Part shown: one piece after another, positions 1 through 11,209 of the stretch
Layout: every line of letters begins with the position of its first letter
Numbering within the stretch: the stretch's first letter is position 1
Assembly: GCF_001194135.2 (NCBI RefSeq)
Contig: NC_068982.1
Coordinates: 11,318,115 to 11,365,792, forward strand
Length of the DNA: 47,678 nt
Source: Octopus bimaculoides
Taxonomy: Eukaryota
Direction: 5' to 3'
The notes under the pieces: generated by a model
What the model was told of the DNA's origin: nothing
The model's database searches: none
What the model saw: only the letters and a program-made list of their open reading frames with translations
Translations under genes and position numbers: made by a program

Positions 1-17
1 AGTTGAGAGAACCACTA
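1..17. mobile_element. Terminal inverted repeat end of an hAT-like MITE cut by the window edge
   Basis: agttgagagaaccacta resembles the right TIR (ggttgagaaccactg) of the copies at 6616 and 23145. Confidence 0.45.
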
Positions 18-689
18 ATGTAAGCTTTTCGTAATTGGCTATTCTGGCATACATTGGGTTCTGCACCAATTAGGACCATCCAAAAACAGCAAGAACTGGC
101 CAACTCTGTTTTTTTTTTTTAATAAGTCTCATTTAATAAGACTTATTTTTAATAAGTATTATATGAGCTGAGATTATTTTATCATGCCCCTCAAATTAGA
201 GAGGTTGTTCCAAGTAGGACAAGTGATACAAGGTTAGAGACCCTTTCTTTCAGTTCTTGCTTTATACGACAGGAAACTTGTGAAGCAGCTTGCAGAAACA
301 GTTTGGTTTCTGTGGTTGAATAATCTTCCTATCACAAAACGTTTTGAGTGTACAGGGTCCAGTTTATTGTACGTCCACCATCAAGAGATTTGTCTCATGT
401 AAGAAGACTAAGAGTCTTCTCTACTACACACCAATTAATTCTTACCTGGAATAACTGTTCTGCTACACAAGTAACCTGAGATGCATCGTGTGGAATTACA
501 AAATTCATTTTTCACATGAATGTTCCAAAAAAATAAAATGGTAGTAAAATGTACATGGGCATGTACATAAAGATACACTATGGAGCCCAATGAATACATT
601 AGACTATGACAGTATAGAACAAATGGCCTAAAGGTTGGCAATTTGCATCCGATAATTATATTGTATCAGACATTTTCTTCTCACTTTAC

Positions 690-822
690 ATTTTGACTTG
701 CCTTTCATCTTTTCTGGGTTGATTAAAATAAGTACCAGTTGAATACTGGGTTGATATAATCGACTAGCCCCCTTCCTCCACAAAATTTCAGGCCTTGTGC
801 TTATAGTAGAAAGGATTATTGT
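690..822 (+). mobile_element. SINE family C, 3' half
   Basis: gcctttcatc...aagtaccagttgaatactggg...aggccttgtgcttatagtagaaaggattatt, shared with many copies in the window. Confidence 0.8.
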
Positions 823-1254
823 GTCCATGGAGAAAGCACAGAAGACTTAGTGCTTCATGAAGCTATTAGGAGATGCTGAGAAATTGTGACAGAACTATAA
901 AACGAACAAAAAAACTCATTTCATTGCAAAAATGGTAAAGAGTTGAGCTTAGGCTTCGCTGAACAAGTTTTTAGCAACATGTAAAAACAATAACATATTA
1001 GGAATGGAAAAAGCTCTCATGTCAATTTGTAATGGCAGTGCAGTTGTGATATCAATTCTCTGAATCAAAAGTAAAGCAATGACTGATGGTGGTGGTGATG
1101 GTGGGGTTTAACATTCTAATAATAGCCTCCACCCTAGAGTTTGGAGTGTTCTTAACATTAATTAATACCTATAGAAATATTTTGACTAAGGTCTTCTTTA
1201 AAGACAGACTAACAACAACAAAGGAAAAAATAATGATAACCTATGCCATAACAT

Positions 1255-1585
1255 AGGCACAGGTGTGGCTGTGTGGTAAGAAGCTTGCTTCCCAACCACA
1301 TGGTTCTGAGTTCAGTCCATTGCATGGCATCTTGGGCCAGTGGCTTCTACTATAGCCATGGGCTGACCAAAGCTTCACGAGTGGATTTGTAGACAGAAGC
1401 TGAAAGAAATTTATCATGTATATAAATATGTGTGTGTGTGTGTCTGTCTGCCTCTCATCACTTCTTGTGAATATGTCACCCCCTAACATAGCAGTCTGAC
1501 AACAAAAGACCAATAGAATGAGTACCGGGCTTTAAAGATCTAAGTACTAGGGACAATGCATTAAACTAAAAATTCTTCAAGATGC
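1255..1585 (+). mobile_element. tRNA-derived SINE family A, diverged
   Basis: A-box-like tggctgtgtgg and B-box-like gagttcagtcc, followed by the ttgggccagtg...ctactatagcc body and an internal TG tract. Confidence 0.85.
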
Positions 1586-1831
1586 TATTATTCCTAAAAT
1601 TCTTATTGCTAAAGAAATTTAATTACTAAGTTCACATATATCGGTTTTAATTTTTTAAGAAACAATTTAATTAGATATGGAAATGCTCCAAATAGGGGAG
1701 GAGAAAACTGTTTAGTTCCTCATCTTGAGGCATAGCAGTTGACGTATTGAATAAGCAAGATATCAGTGTCTAACAAAAATCAAAAATATATTTAATAATT
1801 TGAATCTTAAACCAAAAACATATTTGTAGAA

Positions 1832-2078
1832 ATAGGTGCTGGTGCCTTGTAAAAGGTACAGGTGCTGGCTCTGTGTAAAAGGCACAGGTTTTGGCGCCAT
1901 GTAAAAAGCATCCAGTACACTCTGGAAACTAGTTGTCATTAGGAAGGGCATCCAGCTGCAGAAACCATGCCAAAACAGTGGAATTTGGTGTGACCCCTGG
2001 CCTTACCAGCTCCTGTCAAACTATCTAACCAATGCCAGCATAGAAACAGAACATTAAATATGATGATGATGATGATGA
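1832..2078 (+). mobile_element. (GAT)n-tailed retroposon family B with three ~26-bp internal repeats
   Basis: aggtgctgg-type units at 1834, 1860 and 1886, then the ttaggaagggcatccagc...aaccaatgccagcat...gatgatgat tail. Confidence 0.8.
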
Positions 2079-2790
2079 CAAATTCAAAACTGAAACCAAA
2101 AACATTTTTGTACTAATCTATACTAATTTGCTTAAATAATCTAAATCATTTGGTTATCAGTAAAATCTGAAAATTAATTGAATTTTTAAAAATTTCCTTG
2201 AAAGTAACCTTTATATTTTAAATATCTTTCAGAAAAATATATTTTTGTGTAATCAATTATATGTACATGCACATATTTTCTGATTTGAGTAAATATTTAA
2301 AATTTTCAAATTAAATTTGTTTTTTAAAATGCTTTTTTTTTACTTTCCAAGATTCAATTGATAGCACTGTTAAATAGACAAACTGGACAATTTCATAGCA
2401 AGATTTAAGCTGCTATTTAATGATGGTTTCATGAATCCAGTAATTTTAGAGCTCAGCCAGCGTGGTTAAGTGTAGAAAAACCATATTTGGGAGAGTTAGG
2501 GAGACAGCTAGATAAGCAGGTTGAGAGAGAGAGAAAGTACAAGAGGAAATAAATTACAAAGATATATGAAGAGAAGTGAGAATGATTGAAAGAGAAAAAT
2601 GTGAGGAGGAGAGAGAGATTAATGGTAGCTTTGGAAACAGGTGTTGCAATATATGATACGCAAATCATATACATTCCTGTTTAACATATAAACATTTTCA
2701 TACAATAAAACTGTCAGGGTTCAAACTTAAATCAAGCATATCTAAAATGGATAGTTTAAACAAAAAAATACGCAAGAAATATAAGCTAAC

Positions 2791-4251
2791 CTTTACATTG
2801 TATTTCTTTGAGCTTGTAGTCATATCAAGAGGAGTCTGAAGATCCCTAGGCGGAGACGAAGAAGATCCAAATGACATGCTAGGCATAGAATCATTAATAT
2901 CATTTCTTGAATAATCTTTTGAAGAATTTTTGTAACTCATCCTTCCATTTACAACTTTTTTCAATGTTTTCATAGATAAATCTGTTGGTTCTGATTGTAT
3001 ATCATTTGGTCTATGTACAGTGTCCAAATATGATGATGTGTGACTGCTTGACAGTTTCTGTCTCTTAGGAGGAGGAGGAGGAGGAATATAATATGGTGAG
3101 TTAGTATCCATGCTATGAACAGAAGAATATACCATATTATTGCTAGTAGTTTTTGAAATGTGAGCTGTTATTGGTGACATAAGGTTATAGGAACAGTTAG
3201 AATAGGTACGAGCTCTTTTCATATGGTTGGTATGAGCAGGCTGAGGTAGAGAGTCTTCAAGTCGTGGGCGATTATATTTGGTCAATGGAGATACAAGGGA
3301 CAGCAAATGATTTGGAGGGCTTTGTGGAGTTGGTTGAATAACCGTCTGACGTACAATACGTGATTTTAATTCCTCGTTTCGGTGAGTTCGAGGTGGTTGA
3401 GTGTGAGCCACTTTCGGAACGTGCCACCGACCATTTTCAGGTATGCGATTAACAGGGAGTGAGTGACAAGCTGTAGATGACCTAGAAGAGATGGCTGGCG
3501 CTACAGATGTTGCACTGGTTTTGGTGCTTACTTTCGAAGTAAGTTGCACCTTACAAGGAGGTGTACTTTCAATACACTTACTACTACTAGAATCATTAGA
3601 AACTGTAGCGATCCCACTTGATGGAATGTGATGATTCTGAAAAGCAGGTCCTCGTTTCTGTTTATGTAACAAAGGTCCAAGTATGCTTGGTCCTGGTCGA
3701 GTTTTTATCTGATTATCACAATCGTTATTGTCACTAGTATCACTACATGGTGATACTTCTGGTTTGACAGAATAACTGTCTGGTTCATAACTGACTGGAT
3801 CAACAGGACTGATTCTTTCATAGGAAGGATTAGAGGGAGGAGACGGTGTTGGCAGTGTCACAACTTGACTCTTTTCCACATAATTAACAGATTGTTTCTT
3901 GTCTAGGCCGAGTTGGATAGGACTAGGTGATTGACTGGCAAGTACGGCAGCAGCAGTTATTTCTTTAGGTATGGCTAAACACGCATTTAATTTCCAATCA
4001 TTTATAGGACTTTCTAGTTTTACAACAGGTACGACAGGATTCTTGACTTCAGATGAAATCCGAGTCACACTTGGTCCTTTCTTAACATGTGTTGGGGGAG
4101 ATACTGAATGGCTTAAAGACTCTTCTGAGGGCTTAATATCAGATGGTTCTCTTTTAACTGAAGAAGGCAGTACATCTGACGGATCCTGGTTGTATTTTTC
4201 ACATAAGAGTTTTTTGACTGTTGGTTGGGTCCCAGATTTAAATCGTCGAAC
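2791..4251 (-). CDS. ARID5B: ARID5B-like large exon, 487 codons, S/P-rich disordered tail with PTDLS and PLDMT motifs
   Basis: Acceptor tttttag|GTT at 4251, in frame with ORF 2698..4068. Probable donor AAG|gttagc at 2791, after which the reading turns AT-rich and intron-like. Without splicing, it reads through to the stop at 2698. Confidence 0.85.
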
Positions 4252-4640
4252 CTAAAAATAATAAAGAAAATTTTCTTCATACAAATATGAAACAACGCAG
4301 TTTAAATATTTCAACAAAACGTTACACAGCATTTATTTATACAGTTTAATATCGTTCAATTACACATCTATTCCGATATACTTTCCAATAGTCTCCTCAG
4401 CCACGTTAACGTTTCATTACAAAATAGACTCTTAAAAACTAAATTCGTTTCAAGGGATTTAACTCTTACTAATATTATACGAATTACTTCCCTTAAAAAT
4501 TGTTTCATTAGTGCAATTCAGTTGAGATTTACAAAAACAACGAAATGCTTTTTAATCAAAATATTTATTTTTCTTAATTGAAAAACGTTAATAATGAGTA
4601 CTAATGAAAATTTAAGACATATCTGTAAGTAAATGCTTAC

Positions 4641-4718
4641 ATTATCTCGATTTTGAGCATTGGTTTTCCTCATTTCATCCCACATCTTTTCTTTTTCTTC
4701 AATACTCATTCTGTTTCT
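4641..4718 (-). CDS. ARID5B: ARID5B-like exon (RNRMSIEEKEKMWDEMRKTNAQNRDN), phase 0-0
   Basis: Acceptor tattttag|AGA and donor AAT|gtaagc. 78 nt, open, and fits the frame. No homology recognised, so support comes from splice sites and frame only. Confidence 0.75.
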
Positions 4719-4834
4719 CTAAAATAATAAAATTAATACTTCATTTAATTGTGATATCTCCTATTTTTTCTAAAATGATTCAATATTACGAATTTCACAC
4801 ACTGAAAACATTTTCAGTACAATGCATGCAAGAA

Positions 4835-6007
4835 CTGTCTCCAATTTAGGCACAACGGCAACAATTTTGAAGGACTGGACTTGTAGTTAGTTTTGTTTGG
4901 TACAATAGCAGCAAGTTTAGGAGCAGAGCTGTAAGGTGTGAGGAGAACCTTCGATTACACTGACCTAACCCCCTCCCCAATATTGAGCTGATACTTTATT
5001 TTATAGACCCTGAAAGGATGAAAAGCAGAGCTGATCTAGGTATGATTTGAACCCAGAATGTAAAGAGCCAAAAAGCCTTTTTTTTTTTTTTTTACCTGTG
5101 GTGCCCTAATGATTTCTATCAGCTTGCCACCTGTAATGGGTGCTGATTTAAGTTTATCAACCTTCAATGAATGAAAGACAAAGCTGACTTCAGCAGGAAC
5201 TGAACTCAAAACATTAAGAGTGGGAACAAATTCCACAACACATTTTGCTTGACACAAACAGCTCTGCCAATCAATCCTTTCTCCTTAACAACAGTTTTCT
5301 CTTATTTAGGCAAAAAGTCAGCAATTTTTAAGGGAAAGGCTTAGTTGATACCATCAACTCTAATACTTTGCCTTTCATCCTATCAAGGTTAATAAAATAA
5401 AAGTACCAGTCAAATATTAGAGGAAGGGGTTAAGTTGGTCACATCAATCCCAGTATTCACCAGATACTTATTTTATTGACCCTCAAAAGGATGAAAGGCA
5501 AAGTCGACCTCAGTGGAATTTGAGCTTAGAACACAGATGAAATGCTGTTAAGCATTTTGCCTACCACTTTAATAATAATCATCTTTTCTACTTTAGGCAC
5601 AAGGCCCAAAATTTTGGGGAGAGAGGGCAAGTCAATTAGATTAACCCAGTACACAACTGGTACTTAATTTATTAACCCCGAAAGGATGAAAGGCAAAGTC
5701 GACTGTGGTAGAATTTGAACTCTGGAACTAAAGACAGACGAAATACTGCTAAGCATTTTGCCCAGCATGCCACCCTAATAATAGTAATATTAATCCTTTC
5801 TACTAAAGGCACAATGCCTGAAATTTTGGGGGAGGCGACTAGTTGATTGCATCAATCTCAGTGTGTCACTGGCATTTAATTTATCGAACCCTGAAAGGAT
5901 GAAAGGCAAAGTCAACCACGGCAGAATTTGAACTCAGACTGTAAAGATATGGCAAAATACCACTGAGCATTTCGTCCAGCATGCTAATGATTCTGCCAGC
6001 TCAGCAC

Positions 6008-6008
<1 letters not shown>
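4835..6008 (-). mobile_element. Head-to-tail cluster of at least five family C SINEs filling the 4719-6059 intron
   Basis: Repeated gaaaggatgaaaggcaaagtc / gaatttgaactc blocks near 5010, 5170, 5490, 5690 and 5900, mostly in the same orientation. Confidence 0.85.
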
Positions 6009-6050
<42 letters not shown>

Positions 6051-6059
6051 GTTTCAAAC

Positions 6060-6210
6060 CTTGTCTCTTTTGTCCTCATTAGTTCCATGTAAAAGTTGTT
6101 TAGAGTGATGGGTGTCCATTTTTGATACATGTGCACTTTTCTTCTGTTTTATATCCGATAACATGTTAAGATCCTTTCCTTTCTGACTTAATTCAAAAGG
6201 AAGTAATAAA
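6060..6210 (-). CDS. ARID5B: ARID5B-like exon, ARID end (LLLPFELSQKGKDLN...EDKRDK)
   Basis: Acceptor tttttcag|T and donor AAG|gtttga. 151 nt. LLLPFE corresponds to the LILPYE terminal ARID helix. Confidence 0.88.
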
Positions 6211-6310
6211 CTGAAAAATATTTTAAAAGAAATTTATTATTGATAATAGTTACAAAATTCTGGATTAATTCAGAAATATTTGTCATAAAAGCTGAACCTG
6301 GTACAAAAGC

Positions 6311-6538
6311 TTAACCCTTTCGTTACTGTATTTATTTTGAGATGCTCTGTGTTTCTTTCAATTACTTTAAATATAACAAAGAATTTAGTAAAATAATTTA
6401 GTTATCATTCTGCTGGTGTTAGGAACATAAATTGTGACTCAGGTTTGGTGGAAGATTTTAATTCAAAACTTATGAAAACAAGACATTTGTACTCAGAGCC
6501 AGAGCTGGTTTCAGCCAAGTTGGTAACGAAAAGGTTAA
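6311..6538. mobile_element. piggyBac-like MITE (family E), TTAA target
   Basis: ttaa-ccctttcgttac ... gtaacgaaaagg-ttaa terminal inverted repeats, about 220 bp, non-coding. Confidence 0.85.
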
Positions 6539-6615
6539 TTTAGTATAAGCAAGCAAAACAAACAAAAAAAAAGAAAGCCTTCATATATATCGGTTAAGAC
6601 TCAGTCCTGCGAGAT

Positions 6616-6880
6616 TAGTGGTTCTCAACCATTTTACAACTCTGGACCCTTTTGATTGCTATTTTATTCTGGTGGACCCCACCCTCTACAACTGCCAAGC
6701 CATTCCATGTTTAAAAACTAGTTTTATAGATGCTTGTTTCCAAATTCCTATTTTGTTTTTTTCACATGCTAAATTGTGAATGTTGAGGTATGTAAAATGT
6801 TAGAGAAATAACCCTGGCTGCTTCAGATCCTTAAACTGTGAACCCCAAGGGATCATATGGAACCAAGTTGAGAACCGCTG
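6616..6880. mobile_element. hAT (Charlie-like) MITE
   Basis: TIRs tagtggttctcaacc / agttgagaaccgctg. Flanking 8-mers tgcgagat / tgtaagat are a degenerate TSD. Confidence 0.75.
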
Positions 6881-6924
6881 TGTAAGATGGTTAAAATTTA
6901 CTGCTCATTAACAGAATTTCAAGT

Positions 6925-7142
6925 AATAATCATTTTTACTATAGGCACAAGGCCTGAAATTTTGGGGGAAGGGACTTGTTAATTATACCGACCCCAGTGT
7001 TTCACTGGTAATTAATTCATCGACTCCAAAAGGATGAAAGGCGGAGTCGGCCTCATCAGAATTTGAACTCAGAACGTAAAGCCAGACGAAATGCCACTAA
7101 GCATTTTGCCCAGGGTGCTAACGATTCTGCCAGGTCACTCCC
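6925..7142 (-). mobile_element. SINE family C, near full length
   Basis: On the minus strand: head ctggcagaatcgttagcacc, B-box gagttcaaattc, and the conserved body and tail. Confidence 0.88.
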
Positions 7143-7282
7143 TTAGAATTACTAGTAATAATATAATGATCTTGTTGTATACAGTGCTCAGGTGCACAAC
7201 TCATCAGAGAAGGTAACCAAAAGTGCATGAACATTATATAGAAAATGCACAAGAAGTGAACAGTGAATGAGTTATTTAAAGT

Positions 7283-7860
7283 GGGTGCTGGTAGCATGTA
7301 AAATGTATTATTCAAGCGTAACTGATACCAGTGCTACCCAACTAGCACCTGTGCTAGTGGCATGTAGAAAGTACCATTCGAGAGTGGCCGATGCTAGTAT
7401 CGCCTGACTGGCACCCATGCTGGTGGTATGTAAGAAGCAGCATTCAAGCGTGACCGATGCCAGTTCCACCTGACAGATACCTGTGCTGGTGGCACGTAAA
7501 AAGCACCATTAGAGAGTGGCTGATGCCAGTGCCACCTGACTGGTACCCATACTGGTGGCATGTAAGAAGCACCATTTGAGTGTGGCCGATGCCAGTACCA
7601 CCTGTGCCTGTGGCATGTAAAAATTACCATTTGAGCATGGTCAATGCCAATGCCGCCTGATTGGCTCCTGTAAAACCAGCATGTAAAAAGCACCCATGAC
7701 ACTCTCAGAGTGGTTGGTGTTAGGAAGGGCATTCTGCTGTAGAGACCTTGCCAGATCAGATTGGAACCTGATGCAGCTTCCTGGTTTGCCAGTCCTCAGT
7801 CAAGCGGTCCAACCCATGCCAGCATAGAAAGCAGATGATAAACGACAATGATGATGATGG
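7283..7860 (+). mobile_element. Family B retroposon with a 66-bp tandem repeat core (about 6 units) and (GAT)n tail
   Basis: Unit starts at 7352, 7418, 7484 and 7550 (66-bp period), then gagtggttggtgttaggaagggc...acccatgccagcat...gatgatgat. Confidence 0.88.
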
Positions 7861-7869
7861 TAAGGGCAT

Positions 7870-8070
7870 CAGGTGTACAATTGGTGAATTTCATGGAAGC
7901 TTTGAATTATATAGTGTTATGCCAGCTAACAACTGATGCTGGTGGTTTGTTCCATGCTTCAGCAATTCTGAGCATGGAAAAAATGTGTCCAAAGGTCATG
8001 GCAGCTGCAATGTGATGGTGAATCTTGATATGTCTGTCCATTATTTTGGATCTGAGTAGTTAAGTTTACT
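7870..8070 (-). mobile_element. CR1/L2-type LINE ORF2 C-terminal remnant
   Basis: The minus strand translates as FSMLRIAEAWNKPPASVVSWHNTI*FKASM, matching the CR1-clade C-terminal pattern F..RV...WN.LP..VV......FK. Confidence 0.6.
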
Positions 8071-8879
8071 TACATGTTTGGACTCATTGTGGGGCAGACA
8101 TCATGAAGAATTGTTTTCTAATATAACCTCCAGCTGACCAATGCCAAGTCAGTGAATTTGGTAAATAGAAATTGGATGAAAGAAAGCCCAGAGAGAGAGA
8201 GAGAGAGAGAGTGAGTGAGTGAATGAATGTGTGTGTGTGTACATATACATGAAAGTTGCCATTTCCAGTTCTTGCACGAGACTAATCCTTTAAAATCTGC
8301 TTTCCATGCTGGTATGGGTTGGACAGTTTAACAGGAGACTGCCCTGAGCTGTACTGTCTGCCTTGGTTTTGTTTCCACAGCTGGATGCTTTTCCTGTCTG
8401 GACAAATAATTGGTGTTATTCCGTTTATATGGTAAAACTCTACACTCTTGAAGTAGTTAGAATTAAAAAGGAGAAAAAAAAAAACAAAATAAAAACCCTT
8501 TCTTGTACAGGGGGGGGGGGGAGAGTTTGAGACAGGAAGAACATCCGGCTGTAGAAATATTACCTTAAATACGCAGGCATCCAACCTAGACAGCAAAGCG
8601 ATTATCAAACTGTGTGTGTGTGTGCGTGCGTGTATGTAAACACACATGCATGTAAGTATGTGTGTGTCTATGTTTCATCTTTGTTTCCATGTTTGTCTAT
8701 ACTGAAACCACTTGATAGAAACAAAGCTGTGTTTATGTTCAGTAATTTAGTGGTTTAAAAATTAGCCATTGTTTAATTAAGTACAGGGAGCTAACGTGAT
8801 CAACTGAGACTTTCACAGCCAACGTTACACAGCAAGGCTGCAGCCCAATTGTTGAACCAAATAATGGTGTCACTCATCT

Positions 8880-9243
8880 TTTCTTTCACTTGTGTCAGTC
8901 ATTAGACTGCGGCCATGCTGGGGCACCGCTTTGAGGAATCTTAGTCGAACGAATCAACCCCACGACTTATTTTCTTTTAAAATCTGGTACTTATTCTATT
9001 GTTCCCTTTTGCTGAACCACTAAGTAACAGGGATGTAAACACAGCAACACTAGTTTTCAAGTGTGTGTGTGGTGGTGGGTGGGGGGCAAACACAGACACA
9101 CAATGGGCTTTTTTCAGTTTCAGCTGATCAAATCCAACTCGCAAGACTTTGGTTGGCCTGAGGCTATATAGTAGAAGAAAGACACTGGCCCAGTGTGCCA
9201 TGCAGTGCGACTAAACCAAGAACCATGGGGTCGGGAAAGCTAC
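8880..9243 (-). mobile_element. SINE family A, ending 40 nt from the donor of the 98-nt ARID exon
   Basis: gactgcggccatgctggggcaccgc ... ctgaggctatatagtagaag ... aaccatgg. Confidence 0.85.
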
Positions 9244-9283
9244 AAAAGAATTTCTTGTCTAAAGTAGGATGCATATGTCTTAC

Positions 9284-9381
9284 CGTTCATAGTGCCTTCT
9301 TGTACAAGTCGCAGCACTTGTACTTCCAGGATTACCACCCATCATGTCATATAACTGTTTCCACATTCGTTGATTAGTAAT
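9284..9381 (-). CDS. ARID5B: ARID5B-like 98-nt ARID exon (ITNQRMWKQLYDMMGGNPGSTSAATCTRRHYE-R)
   Basis: Acceptor ttttacag|ATT and donor CG|gtaaga. GGNPGSTSAATCTRRHYER is diagnostic of the ARID5 subfamily. Confidence 0.96.
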
Positions 9382-9914
9382 CTGTAAAAGAAAGATTAAT
9401 GGAAACTTAATTAATCTAATTATTGAAAACATTTTCATTTTCAGAAAATTTTTTACAAAAAACACATTGTGTTGTGCAATGGTCTAAGAACTAGGTGAGC
9501 TGAGTCTGAGATTCAAACCGTTCTTAGCTTCAGTTATTCAACTACTTCATGAACTAATTTATAATTATCGGTATTATTATCATTACTACTACTACTACTA
9601 CACTATATTTACCATCATACTGAGCTTCAATCATTTCATACAAGCTTTTCTAAATTTTGAGAGCTCACAAAAAACAAGCATTTATCTATTTTTAACACTT
9701 AATGAATAAATGCAAATATGAAGCTAATGAATAAAATTAGAAACTATTTATTGTCACTTGATATTCCAAACACACAAAAGCTCATTTATTCAGAGTCGAG
9801 GCTTACCTCTGTAGCTGTTCCGAGTTTCTTGTTTCTGTTTCAGACAGAGCATGTATGGTTATGCATACATACATACATACACACATGTATAAACATATAT
9901 GTATATAAACATAC

Positions 9915-10213
9915 ACATATACTCTTTACTCTTTTACTTGTTTCAGGCATTTGACTGCGGCCATGCTGGAGCACCGCCTTTAGTCGAGCAAATCGACCCC
10001 AGGACTTATTCTTTGTAAGCCTAGTACTTACTCTATCGGTCTCTTTTGCTGAACCGCTAAGTTACGGGGACGTAAACACACCAGCATTGGTTGTCAAGTG
10101 ATGTTGGGGGGGACAAACAGACACACAAACATACATATACATATATACAACGGGCTTCCTTCAATTTCCGTCTACCAAATCCACTTGCCCAAGGTGCCAC
10201 ACAGTGGGACTGT
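9915..10213 (-). mobile_element. SINE family A, young, with ~40-bp internal deletion, head cut by N-gap
   Basis: Nearly identical to the reverse complement of 14914-15216 and to 44720-45102. ccact joins directly to tgccc. Confidence 0.9.
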
Positions 10214-10289
10214 ANNNNNNNNNNNNNNNNNNNNNNNNNNNNNNNNNNNNNNNNNNNNNNNNNNNNNNNNNNNNNNNNNNNNNNNNNNN

Positions 10290-10326
<37 letters not shown>

Positions 10327-11178
10327 CATACATGTATATAAACATATATATACATAAACATATTACATACACGCACACATACACACAACTCTGAGGAGCA
10401 TATTGTGTTACTTAACAGTACTGTTATCAAATATCCAGTTATCTAATTCCCAGTGCAAAACCAATTGGTAAGGCTGGCCTAAATGAAACTATAATACAGT
10501 ACACTTTACTACACGCACACACACTAACTTCAGAGAGACTTTCTAAGAAACTTATTCTCTAATCCACATAATACAAACTGGATAATTAAAGGAAATATCT
10601 TCAGCAGCAAAAAAAACCATAAAAGACTTAGATTTAAAATTTCGTATGAAATAAATCAAGAAAGAAAAAGATAAGGAACGGCCATAAAGAGGAAAAAAAA
10701 TTATAATAAATTTTGTACAATTGATTTTAATATACATTTTTAAAAACAAAATACCTTTTAAAAACATGACTGAATTTTGACAAGTTTACTTCAAATTAAA
10801 TAAAAATTCTTTGATGTCAGCAAAACTGCACTAAAGTGAAGGGCAGTATTGATTGTCAATTTAGCAACTACTGTTATGTAAAATTAAGATTAAAGAAAAA
10901 GAATACCAGTTGGCTACTAATCTACTGTTTATACATATTTTTATGAATTTTCTAGCTTTTAAGTGATGGGTGATATTTCTGAAAAGCAGGGTTAAGGCAC
11001 AACTACACTCCAAAGAGAGCATTTCTTACATGTTTGATTCTGATGTAAACATCTGTAATTTTATCTGAAATATTAGCATAATTTTTCATAAATTATTCAT
11101 TGTGCTTAACCATAATAACCGAAAATCAACAAAACCGAAAATATCTATCTATCTATCTATATATAGAAATATATAGAA

Positions 11179-11209
<31 letters not shown>

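Noticed and set aside
3971-4255. Plus-strand 94-aa ORF
   Set aside because: It is the antisense shadow of the large ARID5B exon, with no independent support.
7283-7700. 66-bp repeat array as a CRISPR array
   Set aside because: The units are degenerate full-length tandem copies without unique spacers, embedded in a retroposon in a eukaryotic intron, and there are no cas genes.
9807-9834. Strong donor CAGAG|gtaagc at 9807 with a 28-nt candidate exon
   Set aside because: The acceptor is weak and the length would frameshift the ARID domain. It cannot be supported without RNA data.
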